NCBI GenBank assembly: GCA_965153285.1
Contig: OZ229118.1
Origin: Podarcis tiliguerta
Lineage: Eukaryota
Strand: one strand, 5' to 3'
Length of the DNA stretch: 64,000 nt
Below, in pieces: positions 52,481 to 64,000 of this stretch (position 1 is the first letter of the stretch; the number at the start of each line of letters is the position of its first letter). The translations under genes and the position numbers were made by a program. The notes beneath the pieces are model-generated. The model was given only the letters and a program-made list of their open reading frames with translations. It searched no databases and was not told the DNA's origin.

Positions 52481-54251
52481 CTCTTTAAAATGTTTGCGGA
52501 CTTTCTCCTCTTTGCTTTCCCGGGGTTGCTTTCCCCCCTTGCACAGGATGAAACCCTTTCACCAAAGCCTTTTTCTTACCAGACAAAGGGGTCGTTTGAT
52601 TTTGCAGGAGGTTTAAGGGTGTGTATTGCCTTGGTTTCCGTGTATATTTCGCCTTTCGTTGATGTTAAATTTAATGGCTTTCCCTGGGAGCTTGCTGTTT
52701 AATCTAAGGCATTCCAGATATACTCCCTTTTCAGAAGAAGACTAAGGCTGCCTTTGTCAGGGCGTTTGAATGACTCTTGTGGGTTCCCCCCCCCCAACCG
52801 CTTTGCAATGCTGCTTCCTCTATCGGTGTGTAGTATCCCTACATGTACACTCTCAGGAATTTAAGACTCCAAATAACTTGAGACTTCAGTTCTTCTGAAA
52901 GCAGTTATTTAAGAATTGCTCTCATTGTCTCCTTACTGATGCTTGCATATAGATCTAGTGAGTCCGTTTTGGGGGTTTGTTAAAAATGGGGCTACTCTTT
53001 AGAAGTATTCGAGAATTAATTTATTTTGCACAAAGATCACACCACCAATCTGTGATCTGTATAAATTGATCTGGAATAACTACCACAGCCACTTAATACT
53101 CTCTGCAGATTTAGTCTTCTGGAAGTCAACCAGGAGGCAATTTATAAGTTACTACTAATTTTTAACAACACATCCCATTTGACTATACTCATTCCTGAAG
53201 TGTTCTTGCTATAAATATTTACTTACATATGTATCCCACCTTTTCGCAAAGCTTCTCAGAACTCTACATGGAAGTTGCCGTGTTTTATCCTTAAAGCTAC
53301 CCTGTTAAGCGAATTTGACTGAGAGTGACTGACCTGGTGGACTTTGTGACTAGGCAAGCATTTGAAGCCAGGTTTCTCCAATCCAGCACTCTTACTAACT
53401 CGAGTTCATATTGTAGCAAATGCTTAAATAATTATAGTGGCTCCTGGTCTATTTCTGGGCCCAGAATATTGTTGCCAGTGTTCAGACTGAGGCCTTTGCG
53501 GTTTGGGACTGAGCTCCCTCTGGTACCTGCCTCCATATCATCCTACCCTTTATGTTCAGATATTCCTCCAGGTACCCCCCCCATATTCAAGACAGGGGCT
53601 TCTCAGTGGTAGCACCAGACCTATGGAAGGCACTAGGATGTGCCTGCTGGCTTTTGGCACCATTGAGGAATTTTGGACTGAGAGAGCAGCAATTCCATTA
53701 GCATAGCTGTGATATATCTTGTCCCTATAATTGGTATAGGATTGCTCTGCCCATGTTATTTTGTTATATAGAGTTAGCTCACTAGTTGGGCTCAACCTCC
53801 CTTGCAATATAGGGAATAATAATTGACTTATCTTGAGATTGTTATAAGGATTACAACTAGACAACACATGTGAAGTGCTTTGATAATTATACAAATGTTA
53901 TTAGATAGATACATAAAATACTAGCCATCATTATCAATATGGGCATTCCATACCTTTGAAGTTGAATTCTCATGATCAGATACAGAGGTAAAAATGATAG
54001 AAGTTTGTTCTTTTCACTGGTAACATGTTTTCAATGAGTCTTCCGCTGGACCATATTCTAGCGCGCACACCCCACCCCCCCTTCTCCTGGTAGCATGAAT
54101 AATTTGATCAGAATAAGACTATAATATAAGAAGAGCTGGATCAAATGTAAGACCAGCATCCTGTTCTCACAGTGAATGACCAGATGTCCATGGAAAGTCT
54201 GCAAATAGGACCCTAGTGCAGCAGCCGTCCCCCCACTTGTGATTCACAGTA

Positions 54252-54460
54252 CAGTGGTACCTTGGTTCCCAAACTCAATCTGTTCTGGAAGTCCGTTCGA
54301 CTTCCAAACCAAGGTGCAGCTTCTGATTGGCCCCGGAACCAATGCCAACAGCTGAAAAGGACGTTTGACTTCCAAAAAAAGTTCACGAACCAGAACACTC
54401 TCTTCTGGGTTTGCGACGTTCAAGAGCCAGTTTGTTTGGGAGCCAAGCTATTCAGGAACC
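54252..54460 (-). mobile_element. MITE family F, one end lost, nested in a CR1-like 3' fragment
   Basis: Similar to 49805-50031; only the left TIR remains. Confidence 0.75.
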
Positions 54461-55191
54461 TCTGCCTCTGATCCTTGAGGTAGTACATGGCCATCATGAC
54501 TAGCAGCCATGATCTAGAAGAGGATAGTAATCCCTATCTTGCATGAAAATGAGTTGAAGTGGTCTACAGGAAGAAAACTAGAGCCGATAGAATTTCATTG
54601 GGGTAGATATGCTAAACCAAATGTTTAGCCAGCAGTGGCGAAAAGCCTCTTGGTTTTAATGGAAGATGCATCTAGCGTGACTTGTAACTTCTGCCTAGGC
54701 AAAATTGTGATAGAGAAACTCTGGAAGCTGGGAGAGAAAGCCAATCAAACCAGCCCCAAAACAAATTGCCTGAAGAAGGAAAACTGAGAAATGTTGTAAT
54801 TTGAACGGTTTGGGGCAGCTTCTGAGAGGCTAAGCCACAAGCAAGCACAAGGCAAACCAGTTCTTGAAATCCTCACATATTCGGTTGACTGTCTCTTGCA
54901 CAACAGACCCCTTTCCTCATTCCATCCAAGTTCAATGATTCATTTTCCTCTGCTGGGAAGGGAAAAGATCCTATTTCAGAGAGGCTTTTGTGTTTGCCAA
55001 TAGCTAATAACACTACTAACGGTTGACCTTAAAAACTTTTACTTCTATTTGCCTTAAGAAAACTCAGAATCTCTCCTATGTCAATTTGCTGCATCCACAC
55101 AGTGCTTCATACGGTGCCTGAGATTCTGTTCTGTTCTTTTATTTATTGCATTTATATCCTGCCTTTCCCCCCCAAGAAGTTCAACAGTGTA

Positions 55192-55550
55192 CAGTGGTGC
55201 CCCGCAAGACGAATGCCTCGCAAGACGGAAAACCCGCAAGACGAAAGGGTTTTCCGTTTGCAGAGGTGCTTCGCAGGACGAATTTCCCTATGGGCTTGCT
55301 TCGCAAGACGAAAAATGACGAAAAAATTTGAATTTTTTTTTTGCTCCAAAACCCCTTATTTTGAATCGCTAAGCTGCTTTTAGCAGCAAAACCGCTAATC
55401 CCCCACCCCTTAAAAAGCCGTTTTTAGCCCTTAAATCGCCAATAGCGCTAATAGCGCTACTCCGTCAATGGGCTTGCTTCGCAAGACGAAAAAACCGCAA
55501 GACGAAAAGACCCGTGGAACGGATTCTTTTCGTCTTGCAAGGCACCACTG
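55192..55550 (+). mobile_element. MITE family A nested in an older SINE-like repeat
   Basis: TIRs; TA flanks. Confidence 0.92.
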
Positions 55551-57060
55551 TACATGGTTCCCCCATCTTCATTTAATCCCCACAACAGCCTTGTGAGGTA
55601 GGTTAGGCTGAGAGGTGGGTCACACAGTGAACTTCATGGCTAAGTGAGGATTGGAACCCTGATCTCTTGGGTGGTAGTCTGACACTCAACCACTGGCTCT
55701 TTTTATTTCTCTCTGTAAGCCTGAAGAGCAACAATAACCCGTTTCTAATATCACTTCTTGAGGAAAGGGGTTGAATGCTACTGTAATGTTCAGACCCTTT
55801 CTCCATACTCTTACCTTGAGCTGCCCATGTAAGCCTGCCTGGAGTTCTTCTGACATTCCCCTTGCAAGGTTTGTAACTTGCAAGGCCTCTTGGGAGCATC
55901 AGCTGGTAATCCTATTTTGTGGCTACAATGCAGCTTTTGAATTTTTCTGTGAATATAGGCCCTTCACTCTAGCTGCTGGAGAAGCCTACAGTGTTTATCC
56001 AGGGGAGGAGGACTCGCAATGTACCATACTGTGGCTCTTTGCAAAGGCTTGTTTTCATCTAACATGCCTGCATTTTTTAAAAAAACAAACCACTTGGTTA
56101 GCAAGAGACACAACCTCATTTGTGCCTCTCTTTTCCTCCTACTAGTTATATGCCTTCCAGACCTCTCTTAATTCTGAAAACTCATTTGCTCAGTGATTGC
56201 ATCCAGGAGAGACATTGGGATTCTGGGGGAGGGAAGAGGGTTGATATTTTGCCAGAGGGGCGCCTCAGCACTTTGCATAGATGCCTACCTGTGCATAGGT
56301 TTGGATTGCACAAATTCGGAGCCTACACACCTTGCACAAAGGCAAGAATAGAAATGTGATGACCAACACATGAATGTTGGGCGTGCTGGAGAGGCGGGGT
56401 CAGTTGGCATGATTGTGATACCCCACTTTAATAGGGAAAACCAGCATTTGCAAGGACCACTGAGTCAGAGACCAATGGTGCATTCAGACCCATCAGAATA
56501 CTGACTGAGGACCACATGGGCAATCGCCATAGTGTTGCCTTGTTTCCCTGGCTGGGTAAGGGACAGTTTTATGACAGCTTGGGCGCCTTCATACTCCTAG
56601 TCTACCATAAGAAAAAAGATTAGGAGAGCAGTGTTCACAGAACTCTGTAGCTGCCATAGTGCAAGACTCGATTTCCCCAACGGGGAAGCATACAGTGCTC
56701 TTATGGCTGTGCGGGGTAGAGAAGCAGTACTTGTGAGCTATGTGGGTGAGGTAACCCCCACAATTACTTGCTTGTGAAGCTGTTTAACGCTTTTCTACAA
56801 GGGAGACACTTGTGTTTTCACTTGGCCTTGCTAGAAAAATGTTGCTGTCTTCATAATGATTCACAGATGTTGTTAAATGTCTTGCTGAGTTGGCGTAAGC
56901 CGGGCTTTAAAACATTTCCAAATGGAGACGGAGAATGTTTTATGCCATATTTACTGTGAATAAGTAGGAGCACTTAAGTATCCGAAAATGCTCCTTTTTA
57001 AATTTGTGCGCAATATAAGAATGTGACTGGGTTTTAGTATTCACAGTAGTTTTAAACTGA

Positions 57061-57390
<330 letters not shown>

Positions 57391-58551
57391 TAATGCTACT
57401 GTCATTATTAGCATGTGTATCCTACTCTTCCTCCAAGGAGTTCAGGGTGGCAAAAGACAGGGACATCCCATTTTACCTTCACAACAGTCAAGTGAACTGA
57501 GTAGAACGGAGCAATAGTGACTGACCCAAGGCCACTTAGTGAGCTTCATGATGGAAGGGGAATTTAATAGTAATATAATAGCAAAAGAGGAGGGCTTCGA
57601 CAGTGGCTAAGAAGTGAGTCATACGTAAAACTTCTAAGAGCTTGAAATCATTTGTGCCCCTTTAAAGAGGTGCTTAACTTTGCGCTAGGAAACGGAGCAC
57701 AACCAGCAACATATCACAGGATGTAGTGTGGACTGCTCTCTTTTAGTTGCACAACTAGCAGGAGGGAAACATAATTAAAACTGCAGATGTGGGCACAGAC
57801 CTGGAATTCAAAGGAAAAACTCTGGCCTCTTTTTTTATGTGTAAGAGTCATATAACACATCCACGTCATTGAAAGGGTTGAGTTCCTCGATGTGGCTTAG
57901 CTCCCCGAGCCAGAAAAGTAGCCAAGTTTGTTTGTAGAAGGAACAAGAGACACTCAATCCTTTTCACTCTATGAGGCACAAAATTGATTTGAATGTTAAT
58001 GGCTGGAAGTTGTTCCAAGTTTACAGGATTGGATGCTTCAGGACAGGGCATTAGATCTGGTTATTTTCAGGCTTCCCTAAAGAACATAACATTTTACGAA
58101 AGATTATTCTTTTGCTGATTAGGGCTTGGGTTTGCCATTTGGTTATTTAAAATGAACATGCATTGCACATCCAGGAATTGCACAATTCTGTGAAGAGTCA
58201 GCACATTATTTCTGACTGTAGAGCGGTGATTCAATTTTATCTACCTCACAAATGGTTTATTAATGGGAAACATGTCTGTTTCAAGACATGGGGAAGTGGT
58301 TGACACTGACATCAGAGCAGTGGTTAATGCTGTTTGAGGGTACACTGGCAGAAGCAGAGCCATATTTTTCAATAGAACATTGAATTATTGTTTCTGTTTA
58401 GAAAATTGCCGCAAATTGTGGCACAGAATTACACTAAATGACATGTTGTTTTAAGTCAGTCTTCAAAAAGGGATGGGGCACTTAGAATTCTGAGTTCCTT
58501 AAAATTATCGAGATTTAAAGTGTTTCCTTATTTTTTGAATTTATGACCTGA

Positions 58552-58694
58552 TAGGGTTGCTATCAAAGGTTGTTGAGCTTCTTTTAAGGAAACTCTTGAC
58601 ATTGTTGAGCTTCTTTTTACAAAAGCTTGCCTAAAATCCAGGACAAAGCGTCACCTTTGAAATCCCGGGGGAAACCAGACCTATGGCAGCCCTA
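58552..58694. mobile_element. hAT MITE (TAGGGTTGC-type)
   Basis: TIR TAGGGTTGC / GCAGCCCTA; 8-bp TSD TGACCTGA. Confidence 0.85.
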
Positions 58695-58876
58695 TGACCT
58701 GAATATGTAACTCTTCAAACAGCTGCTGGAGTTTATAGTTCAGGTTGCATCAAGGGTAAATGATGGCAAGTGACCTTTGTTAAAGCCCTGTTTCTCTGGA
58801 TGAGTTAAATTTTAATCCAGAGTATAAAGTATATATACTGAGATGGATCAGTGGGAACTGGGCATGCTTCTTAATA

Positions 58877-59120
58877 CAGTGGTACCTCTGGTTACGTACT
58901 TAATTCGTTCTGGAGGTCCGTTCTTAACCTGAAACTGTTCTTAACCTGAAGCACCGCTTTAGCTAATAGGGCCTCCTGCTGCCGTGGCACCACCAGAGCA
59001 CCATTTCTGTTCTCATCCTGAAGCAAAGTTCTTAACCCGAGGTACTATTTCTGGGTTAGCAGAGTCTGTAGCCTGAAGGACCTCCGGAACGAATTCAGTA
59101 CGTAACCAGAGGTACCACTG
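58877..59120 (-). mobile_element. MITE family B with a duplicated end
   Basis: 43-bp inverted ends; TA flanks. Confidence 0.92.
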
Positions 59121-59556
59121 TACATGCCAGACATTGTGATTGGGTTTGCACAGAATACTAAACCATGTTTTAGGGTTTTATGTACAAATTTATGCAAGCC
59201 CATCAGAGCCTCTGGCTTGAGTAGTCGCCTCTCCTCCTCCCACAGAGGATGGGAGGAACAATGTGCCCAGGATTCAGTTTTGCTTTCCCTGATTCTTGAC
59301 ATTTTTATCTGCAGGCCAGAAATAATAAACTCCAGTTAACTGGAAAACAAAACCGACTTCACACCATGGTGGGCTTCTTTACCAAACTGGAGTTTATTTT
59401 GAACCATGATTCCTGGTTCGTACATGATCACAAGCCAAGCTTTAGAACAAAATATCTCGATCAAAGGGGTTGGGGGTCTCTTATGGGGAATGCATGCTGC
59501 TTGTTCAGGTATAAAGCACATTTTAACCCTTAAATAACTTGCCGATATTTTTCCAG

Positions 59557-59658
59557 CCAGGGCTAAAAGAAGTGGTAGAATCCTGCAGAGGAAAGAATCT
59601 CTTTTTTTCTACCAGCATTGATGATGCCATCAGAGATGCTGATCTTGTGTTTATTTCT
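59557..59658 (+). CDS. UGDH: UGDH exon 3
   Basis: [34 protein letters not shown]; AG/GT boundaries; 102 nt; absent from the ORF track. Confidence 0.97.
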
Positions 59659-61036
59659 GTAAGTAATTATTTTCCTCCTTGAATAATGCTAAGGGCAGGA
59701 ATTTTGGGAAGTGGGAGAAAACAGAGTCTCTTTCTCCATCTGTCTCAATAAGCTACTCTCAGCTGGCTGGTTCATGTTAGGGAGGGAGTGGTTTGCACAG
59801 ATATACAAAAACCTTTCCGCCCTTTTTTGTGAGTTCCACAAGCACAAATATAAATAGTAGCAGCACTGACAATTTTGTGTGGTGCCTGCAGATTTAAATG
59901 GTAGAATAATTTTGCTTTCAGATAAGGAGTTCTTCCTAGCCTTACCTGAAAATATCAAGGTTTAAATCTGGGACTTTTTGTATGGAAAACATGTACTGTA
60001 CTCCGTCATAGCCCATCCCATAAAAAGTGTTGGGGGTGAGGAGAAAACACCCCCGACTGGACTTTGAAAAATGAATTGCAGATCTCACCTTGTTAACAGT
60101 ATGTTCTAGATAATTAACAAATTGGAAATCAATGTTCAGAATTCTTTTGTGTGTTGGGATTCAGACGATTCAGCTGCTGAAATGCACTCCTTTTCCTAAT
60201 TTAGAGAAAACGAATCAAAGGGCATGGAGAAGCAAAAAGCAATTTTGCCTCCAGAATAAAGATTTCAGAGCACTAAAGTTGAAGAGATGTCATGAATGGC
60301 CTTTTCATAAATTGGGCATGAGCTTAGGGATGCTTCTTTAGTAGCTGTGTTGTGATAGATGGCTCTGCTAGCTCTTTCATTCACTGTGCCAGCCAGCAGC
60401 TGGATGAACAAATGGAACAGAAATCTCTCTATGTTGGAAGGAATTATATCGGCAGTTCTTTTTCGTGGATGTAGCCATTCACATAAAGAGGATGCAAGTT
60501 GTACCAAGGCCTGTTTTAAACTATTTTAAACTACTTTTTCTGTGAAGCCTCCCCCCACTCCCCAAACCTGGAAAGGGTTTTCTTCATTCAATAAATTAGG
60601 ATGCATGCAAGCTGTGTGACTTTCTGTGTTTCTTTGGGAGAGGTGGCCTGTTTCAAGAGGAAAAAAAGAACAGCAGAGTCCTTAAGTTGAGCAGGTGAGA
60701 GAGCTAGTCTGATCTCAAAGCTCTTGTAGACATTTGGCTTTGCCACATAATCTGCATTGAGCTGTGCTGAAGAGGCTTCTGGTGGAATCCCTGAAAATTC
60801 CTCCTTTGATTGCAGCTTAATAAATATACTCAAGCTGAATCCCTGCCTGATGTTATTCCTCAAACACCAACTGAGATTGTAGGCTTGAAGGCAAATACAC
60901 CACTGTGGTACCTATTTTAACATCTGGAGTTTCATAGAAATTTGGTTTCCTTAGTTAGCCAAAGTTGAATGAGAATTTTACATTAATATGACAGCGAAGA
61001 AAGGGGATATCAACGTTTTTTCAGCCTCCTAAATAA

Positions 61037-61270
<234 letters not shown>

Positions 61271-61317
61271 TAACCATTTTGAATTGAGTGCATTTTGATC
61301 TCTCTCTTTTAATGCAT

Positions 61318-61378
61318 TTGGGGTTGGACTAGATAACCCATGGGGTGTCCCCTCCAACTTTATCATTCTGTGATTCAG
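61318..61378 (+). mobile_element. CR1-type 3' tail in UGDH intron 4
   Basis: GGGTTGGACTAGAT.ACC...GTCCC.TCCAACT...ATTCTGTGATTC. Confidence 0.7.
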
Positions 61379-61403
61379 ATCAGTCTTTGGTCTTTGTTTG
61401 CAG

Positions 61404-61601
61404 GTTCTGTCTAACCCAGAATTCCTAGCTGAAGGCACAGCAATCAAAGACCTGAAGAATCCAGACCGTGTGCTGATTGGTGGAGATGAGACGCCCGAGG
61501 GTCAGAAAGCGGTTCGCGCTCTGTGTGCTGTCTATGAGCAGTGGGTGCCCAAAGAGAAAATCCTTACAACCAACACTTGGTCATCTGAACTTTCCAAACT
61601 G
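61404..61601 (+). CDS. UGDH: UGDH exon 5
   Basis: [11 protein letters not shown]...SSELSKL; 198 nt; donor GTTGGT. Confidence 0.97.
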
Positions 61602-62019
61602 GTTGGTATCCTTCGAAATTCTGACATCAACAAAGTAGAGAAAGTATGAAGTATCGGCTTAGATCTTTGGTATTTCGTTAGCCTCTGAAAAGCGCTGTTA
61701 CAAAATATCAGAGAAGAACCAAGTTTCATCTGTCTGTTTCCACAAAAAGGCTTTCGAACTGCACCACTGATTCATACTCCCAAAGCATCATACAAAGGTT
61801 GATGGCATCTGGGCAATATTTACATGGTGTGATTGTCAGTAGCATGTTGATCCCAAGTCCTCAGCTGCTTTATCCAAGGCGGTGTGGCCCACTGGTCAAA
61901 TCAGGGTAGCTAAGTCAGTAGCAGCCAGAGGCTCCCAGGTCCTTAGTAGTAGCAGAGCAGCCCATGTGAATAAGCCTTGAAACTGCTGCCTTGGCTTGGG
62001 AAAATCCCACTGCTATTTA

Positions 62020-62261
62020 CAGTCAAACCTCGGTTCCTGAACACCTCCATTTTGGAATGTTTTGGCTCCTGAATGCCAAAACCCCGGAAGTAACTGCTCT
62101 GGTTTTCAAATGATTTTCAGAAGCCGAACATGCTACATGGCTTCTGTTTTGAGTGTCCCTATTGTATTGAGGCTTCTGCTTTCAGTTTGCGGTTTCTCAA
62201 ACATTTCAGAAATTGAACCATCTTCCGGAACGGATTACGTTTGACAACCGAGGTGTGATTG
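62020..62261 (+). mobile_element. Tigger-like MITE family E (related to C)
   Basis: TIR CAGTCAAACCTCGGTT / AACCGAGGTGTGATTG; TA flanks. Confidence 0.82.
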
Positions 62262-62765
62262 TACCTTAAAGTTGATTTTGCTGATTGAGCACAAACTACC
62301 TGCCTTCATCAGAAGAATTTTCAACAAGCCCTATTTCATTTTGGTGGGGATAGACAGTGCCTATTAGAAAACCTAAAGCAAATTAAATTCAACACCGGGT
62401 GGGTTTATAAAGGAAGAAATTTGAAACAAGGGGCCTGTCACTGGCTCTCGTGGCTTTAGAAGTAAACTTTGGCAATCAGTATCTCAGAATCCTAATTTCT
62501 TTGTCCAGTGCCAAGTTACATTATCAGGTAATGCGATAAGACATATGTGCCTCTGGTATTGAGGAATTGTGTGGGGGACTGTGGTTCTGATAAAGAAGTC
62601 ATTATGCTCCTATAAAGTAGCTATGTTCTAACATTGATGTAATATAATAAATAGCTAACAAAGATATATGGATTTTCTAGGACCCACTTTCTAACATTCT
62701 GTTCCCATAATAGATGTATTGTCATACTTAATCTGTCGTCCGCCATTCATTTCAGCAGAAAGTAA

Positions 62766-62987
<222 letters not shown>

Positions 62988-63449
62988 TGACTTTTGGCAA
63001 TATGGTGTTTAGACAACAGGCCTTTCTAAACATGAGTTTTATGGCATTCTTAAGTCTGATCTTCAACCCAGATTTTTCTCAATAACAGTTGCCAATTTTT
63101 TTTTTGACGTTTTCCAAATGTGTAATTCCTTTTTTGGACTCTAGCTACAGAATCCTGCTTATTTTAACAGGACATAGAATGTTCTCAGGAGAGAAACTTC
63201 TTAAGCATATTCATTTATTTGGAAGGCTTTTAAAACTGGTCAGCATTGATCCTGAAGCAAATAAGCTTTTTGGTTAGCTATTGCTGGATATAAAGGTACC
63301 CATCATGTGTTTTTAAGGCTGCAAACACCTAGGAATAAGCTCCATTGAACTCTTTAGGGGTGTGTGTCTCATTAAATGTACCTAGGATCAGAGTGCACAA
63401 AGAGAAATCATACAGGTGGAGTAATGAGGTTTCCTCCTCCCCCATACAG

Positions 63450-63544
63450 GATTTGGTGGGAGCTGTTTTCAAAAAGATGTTCTGAATTTGGTTTATCTCT
63501 GTGAGGCTCTGAACTTGTCAGAAGTCGCTCGTTACTGGCAACAG
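63450..63544 (+). CDS. UGDH: UGDH exon 7 (catalytic Cys in [10 protein letters not shown]); gene continues beyond the window
   Basis: 95 nt; phase-compatible; donor CAG|GTAAGA. Confidence 0.97.
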
Positions 63545-64000
63545 GTAAGAATGTATGCAGTGGAAATTAAATCACTTAATTATTCTCCTCCCTCGTTAGC
63601 AAGTGTTTTGTTAGAACTGAGAATAGCATCTATTTTCACATCACTAATACTTTTGTTAATACCCCTTTTGCTGCTTTTCAGAACCAAATTATTGATCACT
63701 TTTGAGTCCCAATTGGGAAGAAAACCTGCTTTCAAATATAGCAACGTTTTCATTCATTTATATAGCTTTGGGATTGAGTGACAGTCTTACATCAAAGACA
63801 TTGCTTGGAAATAAGTCCTATTGAAGCCAACAGGGCACTGCACAGTAAGGACTGATGTAGATATACCTGGATGAGCACTTTGGAAAATTGGACAAGTCTT
63901 TTAGGCGGCAAGGAAACTACCCAAGGGAAGCAAGTAGCTGGAGTGCCTGTAGAGAATTCGTGGATTTGGCAATGGGTTCTATAATTCTATAAAGTAAAAA

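Overview
Vertebrate genomic DNA, most likely a lacertid-type lizard, inferred from Sauria SINE, Squam3-like SINE and BovB content. It carries the conserved block UBE2K <- | SMIM14 -> UGDH ->. UBE2K: coding exon 1 and part of intron 1 on the minus strand. SMIM14: complete on the plus strand, with a non-coding exon 1, four coding exons, 101 aa and a probably long 3'UTR. UGDH: non-coding exon 1 plus coding exons 2-7, running off the right end. Three CpG-island promoters are visible. The rest is a dense TE landscape: at least 14 Tigger/pogo-like TA-flanked MITEs from several families, hAT MITEs with 8-bp TSDs, Sauria/Squam SINEs, BovB, RTE, L1, L2 and CR1 fragments, and a solo LTR. Nearly all other ORFs in the track are spurious or TE-derived. 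I see no CRISPR, RNA gene or novel protein-coding system. The best leads are regulatory or TE-mechanistic: a candidate alternative SMIM14 first exon with an in-frame uORF, UPR-type motifs at SMIM14/UGDH, a base-precise twin-primed L1 inversion, a fixed-spacing end architecture shared by diverged MITE families, and an antisense solo LTR.
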